A stretch of 59,818 nucleotides of DNA, filler included, from Sluysia triapertura (Eukaryota), in the NCBI GenBank assembly GCA_046118255.1. It is 4 parts of 4 records of this genome, joined end to end, with 100 filler letters (N's around TTAATTAATTAA, not from the genome) between each part and the next. Parts side by side here need not be neighbours in the genome. Positions count along the whole stretch, not along the records: positions 1 to 17,188 come from JBJNIA010191273.1; positions 17,289 to 29,429 come from JBJNIA010134732.1; 2 more parts are not named here. One strand, 5' to 3'. The notes under the pieces are model-generated. The model was given only the letters and a program-made list of their open reading frames with translations, had not been told where the DNA came from and searched no databases. Made by a program: the position numbers and the translations under genes. Shown here one piece after another: positions 13,601 through 26,671 of the stretch (the first letter of the stretch is position 1; the number at the start of each line of letters is the position of its first letter).

Positions 13601-15997
13601 ATGATAATACAAACAAACGATTAATTTGTAATATGTAATTTTTCAGAATAAATGTTCAACCTTGTTCAATCAATTTTCTTAGAAATATTTTATTAGTATT
13701 TGTACTTAAAATAACATTTTAACATTTTTAATCTTTAATGTGCAAAGATAATCTTTATTTTATAGAAAAGGTAATATAACACTTTGTACATTTGTTCAGA
13801 AATGAAATAATCTTCACAGATTCTTCTCAATTCCCTTATAAATGTTTCTCCTTCATTAGTATCATAAGACAGTTTCTCAGTAAAAATGTTAATTCCATGT
13901 TATTTCTTAAATTTTATTAACTAAGCACCACTAAAGTTATCTCGTTAGAAATAATATCATTCTTTTGTCTCCATACTGCTTCTCATTGAATATATACATC
14001 TTAAAGATCAGGATAATCTCTGATGATATTGAATATCTTCATTTAACTTAATAATAATTAATAAACTGTGAAAAGAAATTGGAATTAGTCGATATAGTTG
14101 CTTTAATAATTGTTTTAGTAAAAAAGTTACTTATAACTAATAACTAATAATTTATTTATTTATTTTTGCTTAGTGTTTACATTAAAATAAAATTACTACT
14201 AATAATAAAACACGAACATATTATATTTTAGTCTAATCTATAACCTATATTGATTAAAAAGTGCTTAATTATTAACGATTTTTGTCATCTCTGATAGAAG
14301 AAAATTGACAGAACTTATATTGTGCATTTATTATTTATTTTGAAAATGAGTCATAAATTTCAGTGAAGTTGAATAAATTTGTGAATATAATATATTTATT
14401 ATTTATAATCTCTGTAAAACTATTTTTATTATTATTTTATAATAATAATTATTATTAAAAGATGTAAAATTTTTAATATAACTTCAGCAGGCTTTTTCAG
14501 AATATAATTAAAAATAAAATAGAAAAATTATGTGTTTATATTGAATGATTTAAATTACAATCCAGTGTCAAACTATGAATCGAATAGTATCGAAGTTATT
14601 ATTAAAATATGAACGCATTAAGAAAAAGAAAAAAGATAGTTTGTTAATACAAATTGGTGAAATTTGTAAATCATTGGATAAGGAATTAGAAATTAGAAAT
14701 TAGAAATATCATCTAAGGGAGTGTCTATGATAAAAGTTGAAGTGGATGTACAAATCAAAACTTCAGATTAAAAATTAAATGCGGAGAAATAATTACACAA
14801 CAAACTAGTGGAAGTGTTCTAGACATTAAAAGAATTTTAAAAACGCAAAAATAAATAAATAAACCATTACCGATAATTTTATTGGTATTATTACATATTA
14901 AACACTTCTCCAAATCTTTCACTCACCGACAAAACATTTAATACATTTTAGATTAAATGTATTAAAATATGAATTGTTATAACTTAACCGTTATTACAAC
15001 CGTTATTATTATCATTATTATCATCGTTAGCACGATTATATTATGCTTCCTAAATTGCATTTGATTTAATACCTCAATCTGCTAGGTCATATTACTTAAA
15101 TAAAGATAAAAATGATGTTAAAGAAAAATTGACAAATTATCTAAAAATAAAGAGCAAGCTGCGAAGGAAACAAATCAAAGTATTCAATTAGTTTGCATTT
15201 ATTTTATTTCATAACTGAGCAAAAATAACAGTAAAACTAAAACTTAAATCATAGATCTGAAAATGAAGAAAATATCGAATATAAAGACAAAAGAGTAAGA
15301 ACAACTATGGATATTACAGATTTCACTATAAATTTTTTAAAATAACCTCAATAAAAATAACTGCTTACAAATAAATTTTCAGAAAATATTGAAAATTAAA
15401 TACTCAAAGAATTTTGTTTAATTTATATTCGTAATTTGTACTCGTATTTGAAACATATACTTGTTTTATGATATTGCTTTTGTTAAGATATATTTTTATT
15501 CTACATTTATGTTTTATTTATGTTATTTATGTTTTATTTATGTAAATAGTGTATATTTTTAATATTATCAATTTTAGTATATCAAATATCAAAAAATATA
15601 TTATAATTAAAAATCGAATTAAATAAAAGAAATACTAAAAATATAAAAAATATTTAGAAATAATAATTAAATTAAAATATTTAGAAATAATAATATTTAG
15701 AAATATTAATTAAACAAGGGTTTGTTTAAAATAATTAAAGATAAAGTTTTGTTTAGTCAAATTAATTTCCAAAATGGATGCCGATAGGAGAAATTTGATA
15801 TAAATACACGTAAGAAATATATTTTTACCATTAAATTTTTATAGCAAATTAGAAAGTAGTTTTTTCGAACAAAAATTTTTAACAAGCTTCCTGTTACAAA
15901 GAAGATAATCCAATTTTCCATGTCGATTAAGTAACTTATTATTATTCATCCTAAAATCATACTAAAATCAGACTTCAATTCTTAATTATTTTTCTGT

Positions 15998-16405
15998 ACC
16001 AACACCTTAAAGAGGGTTTGGTAATATGTACTTAAAATCATACAATAATCAATTTGATATTGAATTATTTTAAAATCTTATTATTATATTTTGTTTACGA
16101 CTTATTGTACTACACTTTAACTTGTATCCTTTGACGTTAAGTAATATATTGAGTTAAGTTCAATTTGATTATTCTTTCATTTTTTAAAATATTAGACTGC
16201 TTTTCAACAACACCTTAACAAAAGGGTTGTGAAATTTATGAAATAAGCTTATCGAATAAAATATCTTTTTCTAACAACACCTTAATAAAGGGGTTGTGAA
16301 ATACATAAAATCGAATATTTATTTCAAACAACACCTTAATAAAAGGTTTGTGTAATTTATTGATTTTTTGAACAGCATCTTAATAAAATGGTTGTGTAAT
16401 TTGTA
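15998..16405. repeat. Five irregularly spaced copies of an AACA(A)CACCTTAATAAAGGGGTTGTG-like motif
   Basis: Copies near 15999, 16205, 16272, 16327 and 16370. Confidence 0.75.
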
Positions 16406-17188
16406 AAATCTGAAATTAAAATCAATTATTTTATAATTATCACGTTTCCTCATTTAACCAAATTGCATTGTAAGACATAAGTGTAAGTTTCCTAAAATCC
16501 TAATAATACGTCTCCAACAGTGGTATAAAGCATATATATTAGGTGGACCGACTCCTCAGATAATTTGCAAAATAAGTTTTTAAGACGAAAGCTTGCATAA
16601 GGAATACTTTGCTATAATATTTTAAGTTTTATAATTACTGACTTAGTTAAATTAAATTTTGATAAGGAATATTTTGTCATAGTTATGTAGAATTTTTGTA
16701 TACACCCTATGTGGAGGAGGTTGTAATGTTGTACCAAGTGGTTAGTTGTTGTACCCCATAATTTGTTTATGATTATCATGTAGATGAGTATTGGATAAAA
16801 TACTGCTGTTACATTAAATACTTTGCAATTAATTGAAATATGAATTTTATATGTATTAATTGAGATCATGATTGTTTATTCTATTATTTTAAAGTATGAT
16901 GTATAAGACATTGATGTCTTAATATGAACATTTAAAATTCGTATAAAATAAAATTCAAATTTATGAAGACAAAATTTACGACTATTTATTTGTATAACAT
17001 AAAATGGTATGAAATTGTTAACTAATTTAAATTTTGTTAATATCTCTATATACACTCTTTCGTTCTGGATCCTCGATTCGTGGACTTGATGAATGACAAG
17101 ATTACTATAATTAAAAAAATTATAAGAATGGTTATAAAAGTAATCATAATAAAATTGTAATATAAAAGAATTACCTAAGTTCATAATA

Positions 17189-17288
17189 NNNNNNNNNNNN
17201 NNNNNNNNNNNNNNNNNNNNNNNNNNNNNNNNTTAATTAATTAANNNNNNNNNNNNNNNNNNNNNNNNNNNNNNNNNNNNNNNNNNNN
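17189..17288. other. Artificial contig spacer (44 N + TTAATTAATTAA + 44 N)
   Basis: Identical 100-nt layout occurs three times; the linker puts stops in all six frames. Confidence 0.95.
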
Positions 17289-17606
17289 CTAAAATCCATA
17301 AAATCAAAAGACCTCTTAAAATATTGAAGTAATAAATTATTAAACTAGATTTTTTGATAAATAGTCCTAAAATAGTTTTAAAATCCAACGGTTGGCCATT
17401 AAGTTGGTAAGCCCAATACGTTGGTGAACTCACCACTTATCTTCTAAGTAGTTTTATTCACACGCAGATCTTACAAAAAGAAGGCATAACGTAATAATTA
17501 AATTACATTCATTTGGAATCTAGATTAAGCTAGATAAAAATCTGATTAAAAAAGCACTAAAATTTTCACAACCTTATACTGTTGTAAGGTACTAACTACT
17601 TTTCAT

Positions 17607-17607
<1 letters not shown>

Positions 17608-17665
<58 letters not shown>
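17608..17665. repeat. (AAT)n microsatellite
   Basis: Direct inspection. Confidence 0.95.
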
Positions 17666-17667
<2 letters not shown>

Positions 17668-18947
17668 TTATTATTATTATTTGACATTGTTATGATAGTT
17701 TTATCATGCATCACATTACTTTTTATTGTGAATATAAATTTGGACTTTATTGTTTTAGTAATACTGGAAATAGTTAATAGCATAAATTAAAGTTTCAAAC
17801 TTATAAGTATAACCTAATATTATAATAGCAATAAATTATGGTCAAATATAATAGTAATTAATATGTTAGACATGATCAAGGAAACAGTAATCGATAAGAA
17901 TTTTGAAAGATAAGATCTTAAATAATGACCCATTTAAAAAATTTGTGGTATGGTAATGACATAAAAGTCTGCTAAACACATAGACAGATAATTGATGAAT
18001 TTAATACTTACGGAATATCCCACAGATACGTCGTGGTTCCGCCATCTTAAATCGTAGACTGTAGGCGAACTCATTGTATTTATTTTGTAAGTTTAAGTAA
18101 AAGACACAAAACTTGCAGTTGTAAACGTGTAAATAATATAAATAAATTTATAAAATACTATTGTCATTCTTAAAAATCCATATCCATTTTATTAACACCA
18201 CATACAAATTAATACTTACTGCACCAATAAGAACAATCTATACCAATTCAAATTAAGAGCACATGAGTAAACAAGTAAAAGCTTCTTTATTTTTTTCATC
18301 TGTTTAATCGAAGCTAAAAGAATTTTCTACATTTAATTATGCCTATCATTAAGAAATTTATCACTTTCTTTTGAAATTAATATTCAAACACTGAACGAAA
18401 TTTAGAGGATGGTAAATAAAAATTACTGGGTGGTTTTAATTATGTGATGAAATTGAAATAGCACATCGACTTCAATAATATTGTTTTCCTCTAGCTCGTT
18501 ATCATCCAATGCCATCTTCAACTTCTAATAAACTCTCATTACCATTACTATCATCAAAATTTAATAAAATTGTTACATTTATTTTAGCTTCTCTAATTAG
18601 CCGACTCATTTTAAATTAAAAATTTTAATGATAAACTAATAATAATAATAATAACATTTTTTGTTTTGCGTCATATGTGTGTATATTGATAAGAATAATA
18701 CCATTTTCAGCATATTTTCATTGTTTCGGTATGGGAAAAAAGTATGTTTTTTAATCGATTAATCGATAATGACATAAATGTTTTTACAGATATTATAGAC
18801 GCTGAAAGTGCAATATATTTAAATGCATGTTATTAAAGTTAATGATATTTTCTTTAATCACAACTATTGTATTTATAAGCGTATTAATCAATGGTATTAC
18901 TAAATAATCATAATAATGATAAAAGTTTTAGAACAATAATAAATGCA

Positions 18948-18948
18948 C

Positions 18949-19005
<57 letters not shown>
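18948..19005. repeat. (AAT)n microsatellite
   Basis: Direct inspection. Confidence 0.95.
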
Positions 19006-19006
<1 letters not shown>

Positions 19007-21099
19007 TGTAAAAATATAATGCTAGTAACAATTATTTAAGTAATGCTATTAATAAAATATTTTGAAAATATTATTAGAAATAAGCAATAATAATAAAACA
19101 TAAGCATGATTGGGATGTATATAATTTAACTCTGTTAATTTTAAATGAGAAACCCAGTAAATCAAAATAAGATTAAACCTCAATTATATAATATAATTTA
19201 CCAATTATCACAATAAATATAAATTAAATCAATAATCTACATAAGTATTATAATCACGAAATGTTGAATTAAAAATCATAATTATAAGTTAATTAAAAAT
19301 TAGATTTATAGAGGACCAATACCATTAAAATTGAACGCAACCCAAACTGTACTACTTCTCAAATATTAAATCAATATAAAATGAAGTAATAACAAATCCT
19401 TACTTCTAATAATATTACTCAATGTTGTTAGACGAATTACAATTCCTCGTTCATGATCCCACTAATTTTGTAAAATTAGAGGCGAATTCAGCTCCTTTAC
19501 ATAGTAAATTTTAATCGCATTTATCTCTAAAATCTATAATTAACAAATAACACATGTAAATACAATAATTGAAAAGAGTAATCAGTTTAAATAAATAATA
19601 ATTTAAATAATTTAAATAGTCAGTTTAAAAATACATTGTAAATTTTGTAAATATTTTAACATTTTCTGACATTTTTTTAATATTAACAAACATATATCAT
19701 TTAAGATTTAAAATTTTAATTTAGTTTTTAAGTTTTAATACATTATTATAATTATTATTATCATATTATTATAATCATAATATGAAATCTTGAAAGTAAT
19801 ATCATGTACTACTTTATGATAATTTTAATTGAAATAATATTTTAATTCATACTATTTATTTGCAATTAACAACTTTTTTATTAGTCATAAATTCGCATCA
19901 TGGAAATAAAAAAAATTATTGCATTATTCATTAAACAAGCTAAAAAACGTATAAATAAGACGTGCAAAAGGATACTGCGCGCACAATAATACACGAAATA
20001 TGGTTTACTATACATATGACGCTACGCCACTTATTATCTTTTGGAAAATTTTTAGTTACAATTTGTGTTGGCAAAAGTTTTAGTGGAACATTTCAAAGCA
20101 AGTCAAGTTGTACAAGGATCATCTCAAATTACAGTTGCAGAAGGATCATATCATATTGAATCAATTTTTCCATATTATATATAAAATCTTAAGTTATTTC
20201 CTGTTAAGATTTTTAAACTATAATATTTAGTTTTAAAATATTACTAAAAATCTTTAACAATTTTGTGGTCAAGAATTAATTCTGACTTAAAATAATTTCT
20301 AAAATAATTAAAATCTAAAGCCTAGCTCCAGAACAATTTGTTACCTTGTCTATAAACATATTTACATATATTTAAACGTTATCTATTTATATAAACATTT
20401 TGTTGATAAAAAATTTGTTTTATTACATTTGCTTTTTGTTGTTTATTAGAAAGTTAAGAGAATTAGATTGAAGATTTGTTAAGGCACTAAACTAGAGATT
20501 TAAGTAATAGCCTAATTTTATAGAATTGAGTAAAGTTGATTTTAATAAAAGTAAATTATATAAAGTTTAGACGTTAAAGTGCATAATTTATAGTTGATAC
20601 TTTTAATATCGAATAAGTTATATTTCGCTTCATGTAAGGACCCTCTTTACGCACTATATTTAGCTGTAACTCTGTCTTCCATATGGATATTACAGGCGAA
20701 CCCGTAAGTAAAAATTAATTCAAGTTAAGTTTTTAAGAAAGAACACAGCACATACAATCTTCATAATCTCAGTTCCTATCTTGGCACGAAATCAATATTA
20801 ATTACTCAAACTAAATTATATTAGGCTAAATTAAAATAATAAATTTAACTAATTAACTTTACATTACACGTTCTTTTATATGTTTCAGTAAACACATCTT
20901 AATTTGAAATAATGCAATGTATTTCTTCATATAATCATCAACTTCCATTAACCCTTATGTCTACCATAGGTCTTCCTGCACTATTATAATTATTAATTGT
21001 ACAGGTCATATAAACTAAATTTCTTGGAGGGGGCTGATATAACACTTGTTTTTTCATTAGTTTTGTTCAATATCAATTGTTTCTTTAGTTTGTTTTTCT

Positions 21100-22140
21100 C
21101 ATTCTTTAAAGCATTTAGTTGAGTGTGAGCATGATGATGTAACAGTAATTTAGCTAAAAATGGAAAACAACCAATTATTAATTTCCAAGTGAAACCTGAT
21201 ATTTAATAAATACCTATTACTGAAAGTATTTGAGATATATCATAAGAGCAATGACTTTAATTATTATGTATATACCTAATAAACCAGAAAAAGCTTGACA
21301 TATTATCAAGAAATTTCCCCAAATTTCTTTTAAGATATTATGTGCTGCTTTCTTAAAATGATCGGGTCCTAATAATAATTCATAATTTACTTTACCATCC
21401 TTTTCTACGATTGCTTTACAGACTATGTCTGTAAGTACTTTTGACCTTTTCATTGGAAATAAAATTTCGTGCCAAGATACTAGAATATCTTCGTTAGAAT
21501 AAATTCCTGATCTCTGAATGTTTTTGGTAGCTGAAAATTTTAATTTGGTTTAACCTTTGTTAAACCAATAATTTTCGGAGTTTTAACTTGGCTTCTGGGT
21601 GGTAAGGATATCCACAGATTATAATCAGTTTTGTATTCTGGAGCCATTACATTAGAACAATGTAATATCTTTGGTTTTAATTTATAGTTTGCATAATAGT
21701 TCCAGTAAATGGTTCTAAATAAGTATTTTGATTATTTGATTATTATACAGTAATAAGTATTTATATATTACTGTAATTCGTTAGTACATTCGTTTTCTTG
21801 CCTAATCTGTACTTCTACATTTTTACTTTATCCATTAATCTACCAAAAACTCCTTCTTCTAAAGGAAGTAATGGTGCTACTAAATCTGGATTAGTTATTG
21901 CTACAGCTAATTTTGTTCTTAGTATTTCTTTGCTTAGTTGACAATCTCTAGCTATCATAACTCGATAAACTTTTTCTAGGGACATCAGTCCTAAATGGTA
22001 ATAAAATCAATTTTATTGTTAAAATACGTATTTATTTGTAAATTTTTTGTATCTATCCCTTTCTTAGCTTGAATTATTGTCTTTTCTGATAAATATATTC
22101 CTTGATAATTTGTTTCTATAATCTCTATAATTTCTATAAT
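21100..22140 (-). pseudogene. env: env: C-terminal half of a chuvirus/Jingchuvirales-like (class III, gB-fold) fusion glycoprotein
   Basis: Frameshift-corrected translation: ETNYQGIYLSE...QINTYFNNKIDF/YYHLGLMSLEKVYRVMIARDCQLSKEILRTKLAVAITNPDLVAPLLPLEEGVFGRLMDKV/KNVEVQIRQENECTNEL...YLEPFTGTI...HCSNVMAPEYKTDYNLWISLP...RSGIYSNEDILVSWHEILFPMKRSKVL...IWGNFLIICQAFSGLLGIYIIIKVIALMI (TM). Confidence 0.75.
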
Positions 22141-22773
22141 AATTTCTTGTCATAAAAATATAAATCAATATAAGTTATATTAGAGTCATTTGACTTAAGT
22201 AATTCTATAATATCTTTTACTATTGAAGTTACTGGGAGTTCTATAGCATTATTAATAATTATACTTATTTTCATTAATTTTCATTATCTTTTCTTTATTT
22301 TTTGACCTATTTTCCTTAGTAATTTTCTTGCTTTAGTCTCTTATAAACTATCTTCCTTACTTAGAATAGCTAATATTAATTTAATATCATGTCCATTTTG
22401 TATACTTAGTTCTAAATTCAATAATTTGTTTAAATTTTCATTTAAAATTTTGCCATTTGCCATATATGATAAAAATTCCTCAACTTTTAGATCAGTTTCT
22501 TTAATTTTTATTTCTGGGGTATCTATTATTATTAGGTATTATTATTGTTACTGATTCCATCTCCTCTGATTCCATTTCTTCTGTGGCACTGTAATGCGCA
22601 TCTTCTTCATCTATCTCCATTTCTTCTGCTTGTAATTCTTCATCATCAGTTTCTTTATTATTAATAATATTTTCTATATATGTTTCTACTTCTTGGTCAT
22701 CACGAAGTTCTGAGTTATCTGATTGATTTTCTTCTTGATTTGTTTATTCTTCTGTTGAACGTGATTCTTCTTC

Positions 22774-22838
22774 TATTTCACCATCTATTTCATCATCTAT
22801 TTCATCATCTATTTCATCATCTATTTCATCATCTATTT
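22774..22838 (-). repeat. 12-bp tandem repeat encoding (EIDD)n within an acidic gag extension
   Basis: (TCATCTATTTCA)n on +; ORF 22744-22977 reads KEIDDEIDDEIDDEIDDEIDGEIEEE. Confidence 0.9.
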
Positions 22839-23449
22839 CTTTGTCAATTTTCTTATTTGGTTCAATTTTCTTTGTCTTTCCTTCCCATTTTTCAATTATT
22901 TCTTGAATTCTTTTTCTATTATCTTCATTTATTACTACTTCTTTTATTTCTTTTATTTGTTCGATTCTTTCTTCCAAAGGTCGAATTCTTGTATTGTTAG
23001 TCTATTTTCTTCTTTTTCTCGTTGTTCCCTTCTCTGCTTATCCTTTTGAAATTCTAAATAACCATCGTGCATGTAACTCATAAAGATTTCTTCTTGTTTA
23101 TTTTTAAATCTATTTTTATCACAGTGATATAGATTTCAGTGATATAGATTTCTTGTAGCATTTCATTCTTTTCCTCATCGTAATTAACTTAAGATATCTA
23201 TCATCTTCTTCATCCTTACTCATTTCTCTTCATCTTGGTTGTTTTTTACTCTTATTTCTTTCTTCTCGATACTGATATTCATCTTCATCTTCGCATTCAT
23301 TTCTGTTATTTCCATATTCTTTTTGACTTCCATCCCTTATTACTCTTATTATTATCATAATTAAACCTTACTTTCTTAGTAGGGCTTTGGTATCTTTATT
23401 GGTCTTGACCCCCTACTTTAGTAAAATCTTGAGTAAATACACTTTGTCT

Positions 23450-24480
23450 TCATTTCCTACAATCTCTTACATAATGTCCTTTTTTATTACAGTTCTCACA
23501 GATTATTTCTACATCTATATTAGTTTGAGTCTTATTATTATTTTCATATCTTATTGGACTATTCCTCTTATTCCTATTAAAGTTGGAACGAGGTGGCCAT
23601 CTAGGTGCTGGTCTTTGTTCATGGTTTGAAGCACTATAATTGCTTATTTTACTGTTTTGGAACGCTCTATTTCTATAATTCCTTCAAATACTTCTGTAAT
23701 TATTTGAGGTACTTCCGTAATTGTTTGAATTACCTCTATAATTATTTCTATAATTATTTGAAATAGAATTACCAGGCCTCTACTTGGGCTATTGTAGTTA
23801 CTGTCATTATATCTTTCATAATTCAGAGAATTAAATTTATTATCACCATAATTATTTATATCTCTTCTTAATTTCGGACTTTTATATCTTTTTTCTTCAT
23901 TGTCACTTATATAATCAATATTCTTCTTATTATTATTTTTATACTTCTTAATTTCTTAATTACTTCCTTAAAAGATTTTCCTTCTATTAAGGTGACATGT
24001 AATCCAGATTTTTAATTTATCTATTAATGTTATTTCTTTTTTATCTTCAGGGATTTTGGCTCTAGCAACAAGGCTTTTAAGAGCACAAGCATATTCATAT
24101 ACAGATTCATTTGGTTTTTGTATTCTAGTGTTTAACATTTTAGCATAATATTTAGCATAACATGTCATCGAGTGCTATTTCTTCTGTGAATGCATTAACA
24201 AATTCATTCCATGTTTGCTTATTATTATTACTTATTTCTTTATAGGTCTGGATAGCCACTCCAGTTAAATAATTTTGGATCCGTTTTATTTTTTATTTTT
24301 TTATTTTTATTGCGTCTGATATGCTTTCATAATCTTAAGATATTCCTCTGCTCCGTCAAATTTTTTAATTTCAGGTAATGCTATTATTGGACGCATTTCT
24401 CTGGTTAATTGCGCCATATATTCTTTAAAATCATTAGGTAAAGCCGTATAATTTCTTAATTTTGATCGGTAATCTTCGTA
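23450..24480 (-). pseudogene. gag: Ty3/Gypsy-type gag (capsid + N/R-rich linker + nucleocapsid)
   Basis: LPEIKKFDGAEEYL/KDYESISDA...IQNYLTGVAIQTYKEI...TWNEFVNAF...IQKPNESVYEYACALKSLVARA (major-homology-region-like Q..NESVxEY); multiple frameshifts. Confidence 0.85.
23459..23500 (-). other. Retroviral-type CCHC zinc knuckle (nucleocapsid)
   Basis: TGT GAG AAC TGT AAT AAA AAA GGA CAT TAT GTA AGA GAT TGT = CENCNKKGHYVRDC (CX2CX4HX4C). Confidence 0.9.
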
Positions 24481-24813
24481 AAGTACAATATACTTATCTA
24501 TTTTTCTTAAAACTTACTTAATCTATTAATAATCAGTTAGGGAATAATAATTTTGTTCACATTTAACTTATTCTTAATGAAATCGTGATATAATTATTCT
24601 AAAACTTCTTCTTAAATGCTTAAATGCTTAAATCTTAATATTAATTCTGAAATTATTCCTTAATTCAATATTAATCCTAAAATTCTACTTAAATACTTAA
24701 TTCTTATGTCAATTCTTCTTGAATACTTAATCTTTATACTTATAATATTTCAATACTGGTCCTCAAATTCTTCTTAAAATCTTTATGCTTATTTATATTA
24801 TTGCAATACTGGT

Positions 24814-24830
24814 CCTCACTCTGGGTACCA
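24814..24830 (-). promoter_or_regulatory. Primer-binding site (probably tRNA-Leu)
   Basis: Minus strand TGGTACCCAGAGTGAGG begins with TGG (complement of CCA) ~350 nt upstream of gag; resembles the complement of tRNA-Leu(TAA) 3' ends. Confidence 0.55.
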
Positions 24831-24840
24831 GTTTATTCTA

Positions 24841-25955
24841 TGTGAGTAATTTAAAGTAAAGTAATAGAATTAAGAAATAGTCCACGAGTTAGAGCCAGCC
24901 GTTGGATTTGTAGATAAAAGTAAAAGATAAAATGAATTTCCTCAAAATGTGACGTTAGTTGGAATCTTCTTTATTTGATTTTATTATTATTATTATTACT
25001 TTTTACTTTTTTGGAAGGTCTGGAGATGCATAAAAGTATATAATCAGAAATAATTTAATTGATATTTTACGTGGATCCTATGAAAGGATTTAATAGATAT
25101 TTTACGAAGTTAGAATTAAAATCTAATTTTAGGGAATTCGTTTCTTAGTATCAATTTTGTATTTAAAGCTATTTAATTTAGTATTAAAAACAATAATTTT
25201 ACTGAAAATTTTATTAAACCGCAATGAAAAAATTCTTACAAATAAAAATAATAATATAATGTAAAGAAGAATTACTATAGGTAATTCCTATCTAACTGAT
25301 ATTTTACTAAAAGAATTTTCGCGGATCTATTATAAGATCCAACTAGTTATGAAGTAATTTAAGTTGATTTTACGGTGATATCTCTAGGATATCTAAACTT
25401 ATTACAAATAAACTAACAGATTATCTTTTAGACAATTAAAGAGGGATCTGATGAAGGAAAATCGATGCGTTGACTGCTGATATGTCGAAGAAAACCATAG
25501 CAATTGTGTCGTTGAGTAATTGTGTAAAAATGGCCGTTAAAATTATTGCTAAAGATTGTTAAAAATTATTGTTTCAACTTGAGAATTATTCTCTCCTTAT
25601 ATATAAATTTTACTGCCTTTGGCCAGACCATTCTTTAGAAAATTTTAATATTGAAACAAAATTTTAAAATTTAAAGATTAATATTCAGAAATTAATATTT
25701 ACAAAATAAAAAATTAATATTTACAAAAATTCATAATTTAATATATACAAAATAAGACATACTTTTAATAATTATCCAGAAAAATAATTGTTCGGAATAA
25801 ACATAAAATTTAAAATGATCACAAAATATAAAAAAATTATAAAGTCCAAAAAAATCAATAATCAAAGTTTGATTTACATATAAAGTTCAATAAAAACAAA
25901 GTTTGATTTACAATATTTGATTTACACAAATAATAACAAATTTAAATATATATCA
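24841..25955 (-). repeat. Putative 5' LTR of the retroelement
   Basis: Lies just upstream of the PBS, ends ...CTCACA on minus at 24841, TATATATAAGGAG box near 25600 on minus; outer boundary uncertain, no partner LTR seen. Confidence 0.4.
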
Positions 25956-26627
25956 CGTAAGAACCGGTAAAAGGTTCCCAATTTTTATAGAAATGGATTT
26001 TAAGTGTATTTTGCGTGCGACACCTTCAGGTATCGAAACCTTAACAAAATAAACTAACGTAAACTATTTTGGAAAATCGACAAGGATGAATTTTAATCGG
26101 TTAATTGTCTTCTTGGTTGTATAAAAGTTATGAAGATTTTGATTAAGAATTCGTGGAAACCGTGGAAAATTTATCGAGTAGAGCTGCACCGAAAAATAAA
26201 AAAATTGTGTCTAATGTTTTTGTATGCTATTTTATATACATATCTTATGCTGGCCTTAGCCTTTTAATATAACTAAAAAAGAAATTTATTTAATAATGAT
26301 TTGAAAGTATTTTAATAATATTAAAAATACTTACGTTAGTTTAATTTTTTTAAAACTTCAGAATTCAAAATTTTCAAAATAATTAATCACAAATATTAAT
26401 TGTTATAAAAATTAAAATCCAAATTATTAACCAATAAGTAACAAATCAATAATACAAAATTAATAAAACATACATGTAATAAAATTTGACGAATGTTAAT
26501 AGCTTTTCACCAGACAAGCACATATAATAGTTTTTTTCAGCACACATTAATAGTTTATTTCTACAATATAAAACCTATTTTAAAATTTTACTGGCCAACA
26601 TTAATTTGGACGAATAGTGTAAAAGTG

Positions 26628-26629
<2 letters not shown>

Positions 26630-26668
<39 letters not shown>
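26630..26668. repeat. (TA)n microsatellite
   Basis: Direct inspection. Confidence 0.95.

Positions 26669-26671
<3 letters not shown>

Larger units (their letters stand above)
20900..25955 (-). mobile_element. Decayed, internally deleted env-bearing Ty3/Gypsy-type LTR retroelement (gag + fusion glycoprotein, no recognisable pol)
   Basis: Order on minus strand: putative LTR with TATA, PBS, gag capsid, CCHC knuckle, acidic tract, env with TM helix; boundaries approximate and no matching 3' LTR found. Confidence 0.8.

Noticed and set aside
15998-16405. Spaced short direct repeats superficially like a CRISPR array
   Set aside because: Eukaryotic context, degenerate repeats, irregular spacing and no cas genes
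17592-17783. ORF with a poly-Ile run
   Set aside because: Translation of the (AAT)n microsatellite
22680-23000. Plus-strand ORF with (HHLF)n repeats
   Set aside because: Antisense shadow of the (EIDD)n tract in the minus-strand retroelement
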